DNA from: an uncultured bacterium
Lineage (GTDB): Bacteria > Bacillota > Clostridia > TANB77 > CAG-508
DNA length: 64,000 bases
Assembly: GCA_905215935.1 (NCBI GenBank)
Contig: CAJMRY010000006.1
Coordinates: forward strand, 12,168 to 76,167
Reading direction: 5' to 3'
Every line of letters begins with the position of its first letter. Within the stretch, counting starts at the first letter, position 1. A program made the translations under genes and the position numbers. Under the pieces are notes generated by a model. The model was given only the letters and a program-made list of their open reading frames with translations. It did no database searches and was not told the origin of the DNA. Shown in pieces: positions 39,684-49,894 of this stretch.

Positions 39684-40505
39684 TTAATATAATAATTGTA
39701 TTTCAATTCCTAAAACACCATATTCTTTTTCTTTTTCAGGTGAGTATATTTCATACATTCTTTTTGATTTATTTTGGGCTTCTATTTTATCTGTATAAAG
39801 TTTTTCAAATAGTTCCTTAAAAGTAGAAGCTTTATATAGATTAGTTATTTCTACTTTAAATGTTTCTTTAAGCTCAGGCAATTTTGAGAATTCTATTAAG
39901 TCTCCAACTTTTAATTTTTTACGTTTATCATCATATAGTCTAAATTCAACTTTTTTTGATCCATTTTTTATATTATTAAAAGATCTTTCTAATAATTTCA
40001 TTCTATGAATTTGTTTATTTAATAAAGGAAGTAATCTATCGAAAGCTTCTGCATGTTCTTTTTTAAATTTTCCGCTTGAGCGTAACTCAGAAATTTTTTC
40101 TAGAGAATCCCATTCTATGAAATCAACTTCTTCTTTTTGTAAAACAAGTCCTTGGATATCAAAATCCTTTTTCATATAATACAAATCAAAGAATACTTGA
40201 TCTATATCATCACGGTCAGAATAAAATAATTGTAATTCTTCTGGTGAAACATCTAAACCAATTTCTTCTTTTATTTCTGTAATCATACCTTGAATGCTAT
40301 TTTCGGATGTTTTTGGATGTCCGCCAGTAGAAGCATATTTTCCATCTTTTTGACTACTTCTTTTTTGAATTAAGAATTCTCCTTTTGAATTTTGAATAAA
40401 TACAAGAACCACTAAAATATATCTATCTTTTGGGATTTTTTCATCTTTAAAAATTGTTTCTCCTGTTAAATGTCTATTAATATCATATAAATCACGTTTT
40501 TCCAT
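39684..40505 (-). CDS. Nudix hydrolase fused to a C-terminal ASCH domain
   Basis: ATG after aaggagg. Nudix box GGHPKTSENSIQGMITEIKEEIGL. The C-terminal ASCH-like part reads KKVEFRLYDDKRKKLKVGDLIEF. Confidence 0.7.
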   Translation of the reverse strand: MEKRDLYDINRHLTGETIFKDEKIPKDRYILVVLVFIQNSKGEFLIQKRSSQKDGKYASTGGHPKTSENSIQGMITEIKEEIGLDVSPEELQLFYSDRDDIDQVFFDLYYMKKDFDIQGLVLQKEEVDFIEWDSLEKISELRSSGKFKKEHAEAFDRLLPLLNKQIHRMKLLERSFNNIKNGSKKVEFRLYDDKRKKLKVGDLIEFSKLPELKETFKVEITNLYKASTFKELFEKLYTDKIEAQNKSKRMYEIYSPEKEKEYGVLGIEIQLLY

Positions 40506-40764
40506 GTTGACCTCCTTATAACTATATTTAATAATATAATACAAAATGGTATAAAATCCAATATTTAAGTAAAAAAAGAATAATAAAAATATTTACATGA
40601 ATTTTATTTTTTTATATAATAAAAGCAAGATAAGGGGAGAGGAATATATAATGCTCAATATAATAAAGAGTGCAATGGAGAAAATATAATTAGATGTTAT
40701 AGTTGGTATGATATATATAGTAAAATTAATAAAATGTAAATTATAAAAAATTAAAGGAGATATT

Positions 40765-41622
40765 GTGGAAGATAAGATTATAAAGAATATTGTTAGTAAA
40801 ACAGAAGATGAAAAGAAATCATTTATAGAGAAATTGCATAAATTCAATTGTGAATCTAATATAGGAATTACAGTTTCTGAAGTTAAAGATTTAGAAAAAT
40901 TTAAGGTTGTATATAGTAATTTAATATCAGATTATTGGTGGAATTTTATTTATTCAATAAAAGCTAATAATAAAGAAGAGTTAGATAGAGTAATAGACTT
41001 AGCAGAAAGAGAAATGAATAAGATAAATAGAAAAATGTGTATTTCTATTTCTTCAATTGATGGTGATATATATGAGAAAAAAGAACAATTCTTTGAAAGT
41101 AACCAATATGAATTGCTTTGTAGTGAGTCATGGCAAATATATACTGATTTTGAAAATGTAGAGAATATAAAAACAAATTGTGATTTAGATATTACTATAG
41201 AGAAAGCAAACGATATGAGCTTATTTGGAATAATAAACGATAGAGCTTTTTGTACAGGAAAAGATTATGATCCATATGCAGAAATTGATACTTTATATAT
41301 GGATGTATATAAGAAATATAAACCAATTAATAAAGATTATATTCAAGAATTTTATTTTATTAAATATGAAAATAAAGTTATTGGTGTTACAAGGGTATTA
41401 TATAATGAAGAAATATTTGGGATATATGGATTGGCTATTTTTAGTGAGTATAGAAATAAAGGAATTGGTAAAAACGTTGTTAAACAATTATTAAATATGT
41501 GCAAAAAATTAAACAAAAAAGTAGCTCTTTTACAAACCGAAAAAGGTTTTTATCCAGAAAAAATATATATAAAGATGGGATTTAAAGAGATTTGTACAGA
41601 TTATTATTATCAAAAAAAATAA
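40765..41622 (+). CDS. GNAT family N-acetyltransferase
   Basis: C-terminal motif IFSEYRNKGIGKNVVKQLL. Confidence 0.65.
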   Translation: MEDKIIKNIVSKTEDEKKSFIEKLHKFNCESNIGITVSEVKDLEKFKVVYSNLISDYWWNFIYSIKANNKEELDRVIDLAEREMNKINRKMCISISSIDGDIYEKKEQFFESNQYELLCSESWQIYTDFENVENIKTNCDLDITIEKANDMSLFGIINDRAFCTGKDYDPYAEIDTLYMDVYKKYKPINKDYIQEFYFIKYENKVIGVTRVLYNEEIFGIYGLAIFSEYRNKGIGKNVVKQLLNMCKKLNKKVALLQTEKGFYPEKIYIKMGFKEICTDYYYQKK

Positions 41623-41658
41623 AATAAATTTAAATATAAGAATGAAAGGTTGTATAAT

Positions 41659-42492
41659 ATGAGAATTGCTATTATTTCAGATATACATGGAAATTTAGAA
41701 GCCATAAATGAAACATTAAAAGATATAAAAAAAAGAAATGTAGATAAAATTATATGTCTAGGAGATATTATTGCAAAAGGTGTTCATTCGAAAGAATGTA
41801 TAAGATTAGTTAAAGAAAATTGCGATATTGTATTACAAGGTAATTGCGATAGGCATTTTTCAGAAGAACATAATTTAGAAGAATTACCATTACAAGAACA
41901 AGAAAGAATAAAATGGAATATGTCTATGATTGATGAAGAAGATAGAGACTATTTATTAAGTTTGCCATTTTCATATGAATTTTATATGAGTGGTAGTCTA
42001 GTTAGACTTTTTCATGCAACTCCACAAGATTTAAAAAAAGTAGTACTTAATGTTGATTCTTTTAAAACAAAATTAGATATGTTTTATCCAAGTAAAAATA
42101 CAATTTCTGATGAAATTGCTGATGTTATTATATATGGTCATATTCATCATCCATATATGGATAAAATATATAATAAAACAATTATAAATGTGGGAAGTGT
42201 AGGAAATGCTTTTGATGTTGTAAGAAATCCTCTAAAAGATAGTAATGTATTAGAAACAACAAGAAGTAATTATTTAATTATAGAAGGAGAATATGGAAGT
42301 AAGGAATATAGCTTTGATATTTCATTTCAGTATGTTAAAGTCCCATATAATATTGATAAAGAGTTAGCTTCAAACAGATTAAACATTGAAAAGGAAAATT
42401 ATATGTATGAGTTAAAACAGGGCAGATATCGTGATATGACTAAAATATATGATAATTTTAAAAGATTAAATATAGATGTGGATGAAATATAA
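41659..42492 (+). CDS. Metallophosphoesterase (YfcE/MJ0936-like)
   Basis: MRIAIISDIHGN, LGDII, GHIHHP. Confidence 0.75.
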   Translation: MRIAIISDIHGNLEAINETLKDIKKRNVDKIICLGDIIAKGVHSKECIRLVKENCDIVLQGNCDRHFSEEHNLEELPLQEQERIKWNMSMIDEEDRDYLLSLPFSYEFYMSGSLVRLFHATPQDLKKVVLNVDSFKTKLDMFYPSKNTISDEIADVIIYGHIHHPYMDKIYNKTIINVGSVGNAFDVVRNPLKDSNVLETTRSNYLIIEGEYGSKEYSFDISFQYVKVPYNIDKELASNRLNIEKENYMYELKQGRYRDMTKIYDNFKRLNIDVDEI

Positions 42493-42524
42493 ATTAAGTA
42501 GTAAAAAAAATAAGGAGTAAAATT

Positions 42525-43178
42525 ATGAATGAATCTAATAAAGTAAAGGATTCTGACTGCAATCAAAATAAAAGAGATTTTATTAATTTTCAAAAAATGA
42601 CAAGTAATGTTAACCCAAGAGTTCCAATTTGGTTAGAAAAAACTATAAATAGATTTGAAAGATTTAAAGGTATAGCATATGATTTGGGGTGTGGTGCTGG
42701 AAATCAAGCTATATATTTATTAGAGAATGGTTGGAAAGTTATAGCAGTTGATAAAGAAGTAGATGTATTTAATAAGAAGAAGCAAGAATTAAAAAAAGAA
42801 TTGCAAGATAATCTAGAAATTGTAAAGATGAGTTTTGAAAATTTAAAGTTAGAAGAAAAAAGTGATTTAATTATAGCTATAAATAGTTTGCCTTTTTGCT
42901 CTCCTGATAAATTTGAAGAAATGTGGAAAAATATAGATAATTTATTAAAAATAGGAGGTAGAATTGCTATTACTTTATTTGGTGTAAATGATGATTTTAA
43001 TAAAGAAAACTCTGGAATGACTTTTTTTAATAAAGATGAGATTTATAAGTTGCTAGGAAATTTTGAGATAGAAGGGAAAACAGGTGATATAATAGAAAAG
43101 GAATTTGATGGCAAAATGGTTAATGGTAATAATCATCATTGGCATAAATATATTATTGTAGCTAAAAAAATAAAATAA
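42525..43178 (+). CDS. Class I SAM-dependent methyltransferase
   Basis: Motif I AYDLGCGAGNQAIYL and VIAVD. Confidence 0.7.
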   Translation: MNESNKVKDSDCNQNKRDFINFQKMTSNVNPRVPIWLEKTINRFERFKGIAYDLGCGAGNQAIYLLENGWKVIAVDKEVDVFNKKKQELKKELQDNLEIVKMSFENLKLEEKSDLIIAINSLPFCSPDKFEEMWKNIDNLLKIGGRIAITLFGVNDDFNKENSGMTFFNKDEIYKLLGNFEIEGKTGDIIEKEFDGKMVNGNNHHWHKYIIVAKKIK

Positions 43179-43205
43179 ATAGTGCTAAAATGAGGTAAGA
43201 ATAAT

Positions 43206-43613
43206 ATGAGAAAATTGAATTTAATATTAGTATATAATAAAGATAAAAATAAGATTCTTATGTGCAAAAGAGAAAAAGAACCATATAAAGGTAAATTTAA
43301 TCTTGTTGGAGGGAAATTAGAAGAAAATGAAAATGAGATAGAAGCGGCATATAGAGAGTTAGAAGAGGAAACAGGGATAACTAATAAAGAGATTAGATTA
43401 GAACATTTGATGAATTTTCAATATATAATGGAAGATACAGAATTAGAAGTGTATTTTGGAAATCTAAATAAAGAAATTAATTTGGTAGAAGAAGTTAATA
43501 AATTATATTGGATTAATAGTGATTCTAATTTCTTTGATTCTAACAAGTTTGCAGGAGAGGGGAATATTGGACATTTAGTAAAACAAGCAGAGATTTATAT
43601 AGAGAATAATTAG
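43206..43613 (+). CDS. Nudix hydrolase
   Basis: Nudix box GGKLEENENEIEAAYRELEEETGI. Confidence 0.8.
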   Translation: MRKLNLILVYNKDKNKILMCKREKEPYKGKFNLVGGKLEENENEIEAAYRELEEETGITNKEIRLEHLMNFQYIMEDTELEVYFGNLNKEINLVEEVNKLYWINSDSNFFDSNKFAGEGNIGHLVKQAEIYIENN

Positions 43614-43822
43614 CTTAGAGTTATATAGAAATATATGTTAGAATAAAAATTTAGAAATTAATGGTTAATACATCACATATTTTATACAAATATTGAAATA
43701 TTAAATTATTAATGCTATATTAAAAATGTAGTAATAATTTATTTAGGATTCACAATTAGAATGATATGAATTACGCAATAATATTATGTGAAACATAAGA
43801 AAAAAGGAAGGGGAAAAGAAAA

Positions 43823-44500
43823 ATGAGATATGAAATAATTGGAAAAACAGTACCAGTAGTAGAAGTTACTCTAAATAGAGGAGAATCAATGTATTCACAA
43901 AGAGGAGGAATGTCTTGGCAAACAGAAGGTGTTAATATGACAACTAATGCAAGAGGTGGAGTAATGAAAAGCCTTGGAAGAATGTTTACAGGAGAATCTA
44001 TTTTTATGAATACATATACAGCAGGTGTAGATGGAGCAAAAGTAGCTTTTGCAACTACTGTACCAGGTGATATTGTACCAATTAATGTAGGAGAAAATAA
44101 TGGCTTTACAATACAAAAAAATGCATTTTTATGTGCAGAACCAGGTGTTGATATACAAATAGCATTTACAAAGAGATTTACAGCAGGTTTATTTGGTGGA
44201 GAAGGTTTTATATTACAAAAAGCTACAGGTAATGGAATGCTATTTTTAGAAGTAGATGGAGATCCTGTAGAAAGAGTTTTAGCTCCAGGAGAAGTATTAA
44301 AAGTAGATACAGGTAATGTAGTTGGTTTTGAAAGTACAGTTTCATATGAGATTGAAACAATAAAAGGATTAGGAAATATATTTTTAGGTGGAGAAGGATT
44401 ATTCTTAACAAAATTAGTTGGTCCTGGTAGAGTTATTATACAATCACAAAATTTTGGGGATTTTGCGGGAAGAATATTGGGGTTAATGCCTAAGAAATAG
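43823..44500 (+). CDS. AIM24/TIGR00266 (DUF124) family protein
   Basis: MRYEIIG...VVEV.L..GESMY...GGMSW and the C-terminal GEGLFLTKL.GPG.V.IQS. Confidence 0.7.
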   Translation: MRYEIIGKTVPVVEVTLNRGESMYSQRGGMSWQTEGVNMTTNARGGVMKSLGRMFTGESIFMNTYTAGVDGAKVAFATTVPGDIVPINVGENNGFTIQKNAFLCAEPGVDIQIAFTKRFTAGLFGGEGFILQKATGNGMLFLEVDGDPVERVLAPGEVLKVDTGNVVGFESTVSYEIETIKGLGNIFLGGEGLFLTKLVGPGRVIIQSQNFGDFAGRILGLMPKK

Positions 44501-44743
44501 AGAAATATTATTATTTATCAAAGTTTTGATAGATAATAGGAATAAAACTATAAAGAGGAACAGAGTTATTCTGTTCTTTTTTTATAGAATGGAAAAATTA
44601 GTGTATAAAGTAAAATGCAGTACACATAAAAAATATACGTAAATTGACAGCTAAAAATAAACATAGTATAATGTAATAAAGTTGTAAAACTTTTTTTGCA
44701 CATGCGAAAGAATATTATTTTATCATTAACAGGAGGAAAGAAC

Positions 44744-45928
44744 ATGGGAACAATCAGAATGGGAGCATGGGATTGCGATTATTGTAATAAAAAAGCAATT
44801 CCAGGAAATCTCCGGGAATGTCCAGGATGTGGTAATCCAAGAGGAGAAGATGTAAAGTTTTACTTGCCAAGTGATGCAAAGCCAGTAGAGGATGAAACAA
44901 AGGTTAGTAGGAATCCAGATTGGTTATGCAATTACTGTAAATCATTTAATCCTGATGGAGAAGAAATTTGCATATCTTGTGGACATGCAAGAGAAGACAG
45001 CGATTTAGACTATTTTCAGCATCACAAGAAGAACTCATCAAAACAGGCGTATGACGAATCAGATTCATTTCACACTGAATATGGTAGTCATGTTTTGGAT
45101 GATGAAAGTGACACAGGGGATAATTTTTTTGAGGATTTCGAAGAATATGAAAATCCAAGTGCGAATGAGAAAAGCTCTAAGGTGGCAAATGCTAAAGCTT
45201 TAATTTCAGCAGGATGTGAAAAATTGTCCAAAGTTTCAAAAGCTAAACTGTTAATATGTTTAGCAACAATTGCAGTAGTGATATTTTCCATAATTGCAAT
45301 TGCAGTTCCTAGAACAGAAACCATGAAAGTGGAAAAAGTTATCTGGGAATATAGTATGGATATTGAGAAATATCAAACTGTAAATGAAGATGATTGGTTC
45401 TTGCCAGACGGTGCCAGAGTACAACGAACGGCAAGAGAGATACACCATTATGAATCAGTCCTTGATCATTACGAAACAAAAAGTCGTGAGGTGTCAGAAC
45501 AGGTTCTTGTAGGATATGAAGAGGTAGTTGTAGGCCACAGAGATTTAGGCAATGGCTATTTTGAAGATATAACCTCACAAAAACCTATATATGAGACCAG
45601 GTACAAGACAGAGTATTATGAAGAACCCGTATATAGGGATGAACCTGTATACAAAACAAAGTATTATTATGAAATCGAAAGATGGCTATATGATAGAACA
45701 GAAACTTCAACAGGTTTTGATAGAAATACATATTGGCCAGAAGTAGATTTGAGTGATAATGAAAGGATTTCAGATAAAGATTCAAAATATTTTGTACAAG
45801 TTATCAATAAAGATGAGGAATCTGAAAAGATATCTGTGAAATATGATGAATGGTGTGAAATTGAAGAAGGAGATGAAGTGACAGTTAAAAAGTGGATTTT
45901 CCACAAGAAAATAGTATTTGAAGAGTAA
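44744..45928 (+). CDS. Double zinc-ribbon, single-pass membrane protein
   Basis: ATG after aggagga. WDCDYCN..CPGCGNPRG and WLCNYCKS..CISCGH, one TM segment (LICLATIAVVIFSIIAIAV), and a Y/E-rich ectodomain. It contains an ordinary in-frame CGG at 44813. Confidence 0.6.
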   Translation: MGTIRMGAWDCDYCNKKAIPGNLRECPGCGNPRGEDVKFYLPSDAKPVEDETKVSRNPDWLCNYCKSFNPDGEEICISCGHAREDSDLDYFQHHKKNSSKQAYDESDSFHTEYGSHVLDDESDTGDNFFEDFEEYENPSANEKSSKVANAKALISAGCEKLSKVSKAKLLICLATIAVVIFSIIAIAVPRTETMKVEKVIWEYSMDIEKYQTVNEDDWFLPDGARVQRTAREIHHYESVLDHYETKSREVSEQVLVGYEEVVVGHRDLGNGYFEDITSQKPIYETRYKTEYYEEPVYRDEPVYKTKYYYEIERWLYDRTETSTGFDRNTYWPEVDLSDNERISDKDSKYFVQVINKDEESEKISVKYDEWCEIEEGDEVTVKKWIFHKKIVFEE

Positions 45929-45947
45929 AAATAGTATTTGATTAAGC

Positions 45948-45987
45948 ACAAAGTAAGCATTCGAAATGAATGCTTACTTTGTTTTTT
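45948..45987 (+). terminator. Intrinsic terminator
   Basis: Perfect 15-bp stem acaaagtaagcattc/gaatgcttactttgt followed by T5. Confidence 0.85.
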
Positions 45988-46383
45988 CGATTATAAATTA
46001 ATTTGACTGTTAAAATATTTGTATCTATTTAGTTTTTTATTTTCTTTTGGCATATGAGAAATTTAGAGTAGTATATAGTATTTTATTATTACTCAGAATT
46101 AATTTCATCTGCAACAGGTGAAATATATCGTTTTTATGCAAATTTAACAGTGAAAATTAATATGAGTTTCTTATGTTGCCATATTTTTTTTAGTTAAAAT
46201 AATATAATCAATAAGATACTTGAGGAATGTAATAATGTATGATATATTAATGTAAAATTCAACATATAATTAGTATTTTACATAGGAAAAAAAGATTATA
46301 AGAGATATTATATGAATAATAAAATATTAAATAAACAAATTTCAATTATATAATTAAAAATAAAGAAAACGAGAGGTAAAAAT

Positions 46384-46731
46384 ATGGATAAATACGAGTT
46401 GAAACAGGATCTAGATAAATTAAGTAAAAAAAGTAGTGTAGAAGATTTACAAAAATATATTAAGGACATGATTGAGGTTAAAGGGTTTAAGACAAGTTTA
46501 TTAGAAAGAATGTGTTTATTAACAGAGGAAATAGGAGAACTTGCAAAAGAGGTTAGAAAAACAGACAATAATTTAACAATAGATATTAATAAAGATTATA
46601 GTTCTAGTTTAGAGAATGAGATAACAGATGTATTTATATGTTTGATGGGAATGTGTGAATTACTAGATATGGATATTGTTCAAGGATTAAAGAATAAAGA
46701 AGAAATTAATTTTAATAGAGAGTACAAGTAG
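46384..46731 (+). CDS. MazG-like nucleotide pyrophosphohydrolase
   Basis: LTEEIGELAKEVRK ... ENEITDVFICLMGMC (EEXXE/D metal motifs). Confidence 0.7.
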   Translation: MDKYELKQDLDKLSKKSSVEDLQKYIKDMIEVKGFKTSLLERMCLLTEEIGELAKEVRKTDNNLTIDINKDYSSSLENEITDVFICLMGMCELLDMDIVQGLKNKEEINFNREYK

Positions 46732-46794
46732 ATTTTATTTATATCATATTACATAATAAATAGCTAAAGTATAAAGACAGCAAAGGGGGATAAG

Positions 46795-47388
46795 ATGGAA
46801 TTAGTTAGTATAGATATTAAAGAATTTAAAAAAGATGTGTATGAAGATTATAAAAAGTTATTTCCAGAAGAAGAGAGAAAAGCTTTTAAACATTTAAAAT
46901 CATCTTTTGAAAAAGGAATAACAACATTTCTTAAAATTATGATAGAAGAGAAATTTATAGGATTCTTTATTGTTAATATAGTAAAAGATATAAAATGTGC
47001 GCATTTGGATTATTTTGCAATATTGCCAGAATATCAATCAAAGGGATATGGAACAGAAGCTATTAGAAAGCTAAAAGAAGAATATAAAGATTATTATGGG
47101 ATTTTTATAGAAATAGAAAAAGTTGGTGAAGGAAGAACTTTAGAAGAAAATGAAATTAGAAAGAAAAGAGCAAACTTTTATGAAAGAATTGGGTTTAGTA
47201 AAATGAAATTTGATATAGATTTATATCAAGTTATATATTCTGCATATATTTTACAATGTAGTGTAGATGATATAAAAGAAGAAAATGTTATAGAAGATAT
47301 TTGGGAAATATATAGAACAATTATGGGAGAAAAAAGATTAAGGAAGAATTGTAAAGTGATAAAGGATATAGGTACCCTGAATAAATAG
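46795..47388 (+). CDS. GNAT family N-acetyltransferase
   Basis: ILPEYQSKGYGTEAIRKL. Confidence 0.7.
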   Translation: MELVSIDIKEFKKDVYEDYKKLFPEEERKAFKHLKSSFEKGITTFLKIMIEEKFIGFFIVNIVKDIKCAHLDYFAILPEYQSKGYGTEAIRKLKEEYKDYYGIFIEIEKVGEGRTLEENEIRKKRANFYERIGFSKMKFDIDLYQVIYSAYILQCSVDDIKEENVIEDIWEIYRTIMGEKRLRKNCKVIKDIGTLNK

Positions 47389-47434
47389 GACGTAGTTTAG
47401 TAAAAATATAAATTTATTATAAGAGGTGGAAGAT

Positions 47435-47968
47435 ATGGGATTAATTTGTGTACTTAAAGATAAGGATATAGGACAAGAACCAATAGAAATGAATGAGAAC
47501 CCAGAGTTGAGATTAGGCTCTAGAGGGATAGTAATAAGAGAAGATGGAAAAATTGCAATATTTAACAAAAGCAATAAAAATGAATACAAACTTCCAGGAG
47601 GAGGCATAGAGGGAGATGAATCTCCTGAAGAAGCCTTTAAAAGAGAGGTTTTAGAAGAAACTGGATGTGTGGTTGAAATTATAAAAAAGTTAGGAACAAC
47701 AGAGGAATACAAAAGCCTAACTAATTTTAAACAAATATCTAATGTTTTTATTGGAAAAGTTATAGAAGATACGAAAAAATTAAATGTAACCGAAAAGAAA
47801 AAAAGTGAAGGGGCTAAATTAGTATGGGTAGAGCCACAGGAAGCTTTAGAGTTAATAACAAATTGCTATGATAAATTAGTTGCATCTGATTATGAATCTA
47901 TATACCAAACTAAGTTTATAGTTTTAAGGGATAGGAAAATATTGGAATATTATTTAAAGAATTGCTAA
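47435..47968 (+). CDS. Nudix hydrolase
   Basis: Nudix box GGGIEGDESPEEAFKREVLEETGC. Confidence 0.8.
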   Translation: MGLICVLKDKDIGQEPIEMNENPELRLGSRGIVIREDGKIAIFNKSNKNEYKLPGGGIEGDESPEEAFKREVLEETGCVVEIIKKLGTTEEYKSLTNFKQISNVFIGKVIEDTKKLNVTEKKKSEGAKLVWVEPQEALELITNCYDKLVASDYESIYQTKFIVLRDRKILEYYLKNC

Positions 47969-48018
47969 TAAAGGAATTTTAGTTTTATATTTTGAGAATA
48001 GAAATATGGAGGGGAAAT

Positions 48019-48468
48019 ATGGAAGAACAAATAGATGTATTAGATGAAAATGGAATGAAAACTGGGGAGATAGTTACTAGAAAAGAAGTTCATGTACGAG
48101 GATTATGGCATAGAATAATAGTAGTTGCAATTATAGATAAAAACGGTCATCTATTAATGCAACAGAGATCAATAAAAAAAGAAACAAATCCAGGTAAATG
48201 GGATGTATCAACAGCAGGACATGTATCTGCAGGACAGAGTTCTAAAGAAGCAGCTATAAGGGAAGTGTCTGAAGAAGTTGGAATGAATGTTCAGGAAGAT
48301 GAATTAGAATATATTTGTACATATAAAACTATAAATAAAATAAAAGAAGATTATATTGCAAATCATATTTATGATTTTTATATTGTGAAAAGAGAGAATA
48401 TAGAAATGAGTAATATTAAGATGCAAGAAAGTGAAGTAGATCAAGTAAAGTTATGTAATCTTGATTAA
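48019..48468 (+). CDS. Nudix hydrolase (IDI-like) with an apparent premature in-frame TAA
   Basis: GLWHR...QQRS..K...PGKWD.S.AGHV.AG.S..EAAIREVSEEVGM. After the TAA at 48466, 25 further in-frame sense codons (VEEMLDNKQVVKRDEVYRELIKYLK) run to the TAG at 48546. Confidence 0.7.
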   Translation: MEEQIDVLDENGMKTGEIVTRKEVHVRGLWHRIIVVAIIDKNGHLLMQQRSIKKETNPGKWDVSTAGHVSAGQSSKEAAIREVSEEVGMNVQEDELEYICTYKTINKIKEDYIANHIYDFYIVKRENIEMSNIKMQESEVDQVKLCNLD

Positions 48469-48565
48469 GTAGAAGAAATGTTGGATAATAAACAAGTAGT
48501 AAAAAGAGATGAAGTTTATAGGGAATTAATTAAATATTTAAAGTAGGGGAGTTGTTGAGAATAGT

Positions 48566-48808
48566 ATGGAAGAAAGTAGAATTGTAAAAGAAGGACAAGT
48601 ATATAAACATTTTAAAGGAACAATGCATAGAATTATCTGTATTGCGAAACATTCAGAGACAAAAGAGGATATGGTGGTTTATACTCATGATGATGATAAT
48701 GAAGTTTGGGCAAGACCACTAGATATGTTTTTGTCGGAAGTAGATCATGAGAAATATCCTGAGATAAAGCAGAGATATCGTTTTGAATTACAGGAGGATG
48801 TTAGATAG
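48566..48808 (+). CDS. DUF1653 domain protein
   Basis: YKHFKG..Y.........HSET.E.MVVY ... WARPL.MF. Confidence 0.65.
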   Translation: MEESRIVKEGQVYKHFKGTMHRIICIAKHSETKEDMVVYTHDDDNEVWARPLDMFLSEVDHEKYPEIKQRYRFELQEDVR

Positions 48809-49033
48809 GGGAAGCGTAGAATTTTGGGAAAATGCTATGAAATGTGATATGAGAAGTTTGAGTTTTATAGAATAAGAAATAGCCTAGAGATTTAGATCTA
48901 GGCTATTAAAGTGCTTTTAGGTGTTGATATTTGTTTAGATCGAGAAAGTTAAATGTTGATATATGTAATAGAAAAAGACAATGATTGCAATTAAAGAGGA
49001 ATTAGGAAATTAAATAAAGAAGGGAGAGAATAA

Positions 49034-49435
49034 ATGGAGTGCGAAAAATCATGTGGATGTATTATTATAGAAGATGAAAAAGTTTTATTGGTTAAGCAGA
49101 CAAAAGGTCATTGGGGATTTCCAAAAGGGCATGTGGAGGCTGACGAAACAGAGGTGGAAACAGCAATTAGGGAAGTAAAAGAGGAAGCTAATGTAGATGT
49201 AGAGGTTGAAGGGAATAAAAGATATACAATGAGATATGTTACAGATAAAGGAAATATGAAAGAGATTGTATATTTTGTTGCTAGAAAAGTTGGTGGAGAG
49301 ATAAAAGAGCAAGAATGTGAAATAGATGGGATAGAATGGTTAGATTTTAGAGATGCTTTAGAAAGAATTACGTATGATAATTGTAGAGAATTGTTTAGGG
49401 AGGTTATAGATAATATTGGAGAAAGATGGAGTTAA
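49034..49435 (+). CDS. Nudix hydrolase
   Basis: Nudix box GFPKGHVEADETEVETAIREVKEEANV. Confidence 0.8.
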   Translation: MECEKSCGCIIIEDEKVLLVKQTKGHWGFPKGHVEADETEVETAIREVKEEANVDVEVEGNKRYTMRYVTDKGNMKEIVYFVARKVGGEIKEQECEIDGIEWLDFRDALERITYDNCRELFREVIDNIGERWS

Positions 49436-49548
49436 ATGTTTTTTGATTAGACAAATATGACAAAATATGTTAAAAATTTCATATTTTATTGAGAAAAAGT
49501 AATGTTTATGATATAAAATTTATATGAGTTATGATAATGGAAATGTAG

Positions 49549-49875
49549 GTGGATAAAATGCAAGAGATAATGAAAGAGATAAAACAATTTAATGAAGAAA
49601 GAGAGTGGGACAAATTTCATTCTCCAGAGAATTTAGCTAAATCAATATCGATTGAAGCGGGAGAACTATTAGAATGTTTTCAATGGAATAGTGAAGAATA
49701 TAATAAAGAAGAAGTTTGTGAGGAATTAGCAGATGTTTTTACTTATTGCATTCAAATGGCTATGAAATTAGACGTTGATCCAAAGGAAATTATATTAAAA
49801 AAATTGGAAAAAACAGAAAAGAAATATCCAGTTGAGAAATCAAAAGGAGTAAGTACAAAGTATAATAAATTATAA
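49549..49875 (+). CDS. MazG-like nucleotide pyrophosphohydrolase
   Basis: FNEEREWDKFHSPENLAKSISIEAGELLECFQW ... ELADVFTYC. Confidence 0.75.
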   Translation: MDKMQEIMKEIKQFNEEREWDKFHSPENLAKSISIEAGELLECFQWNSEEYNKEEVCEELADVFTYCIQMAMKLDVDPKEIILKKLEKTEKKYPVEKSKGVSTKYNKL

Positions 49876-49894
49876 GAAAATTTAAGGGGTAATA

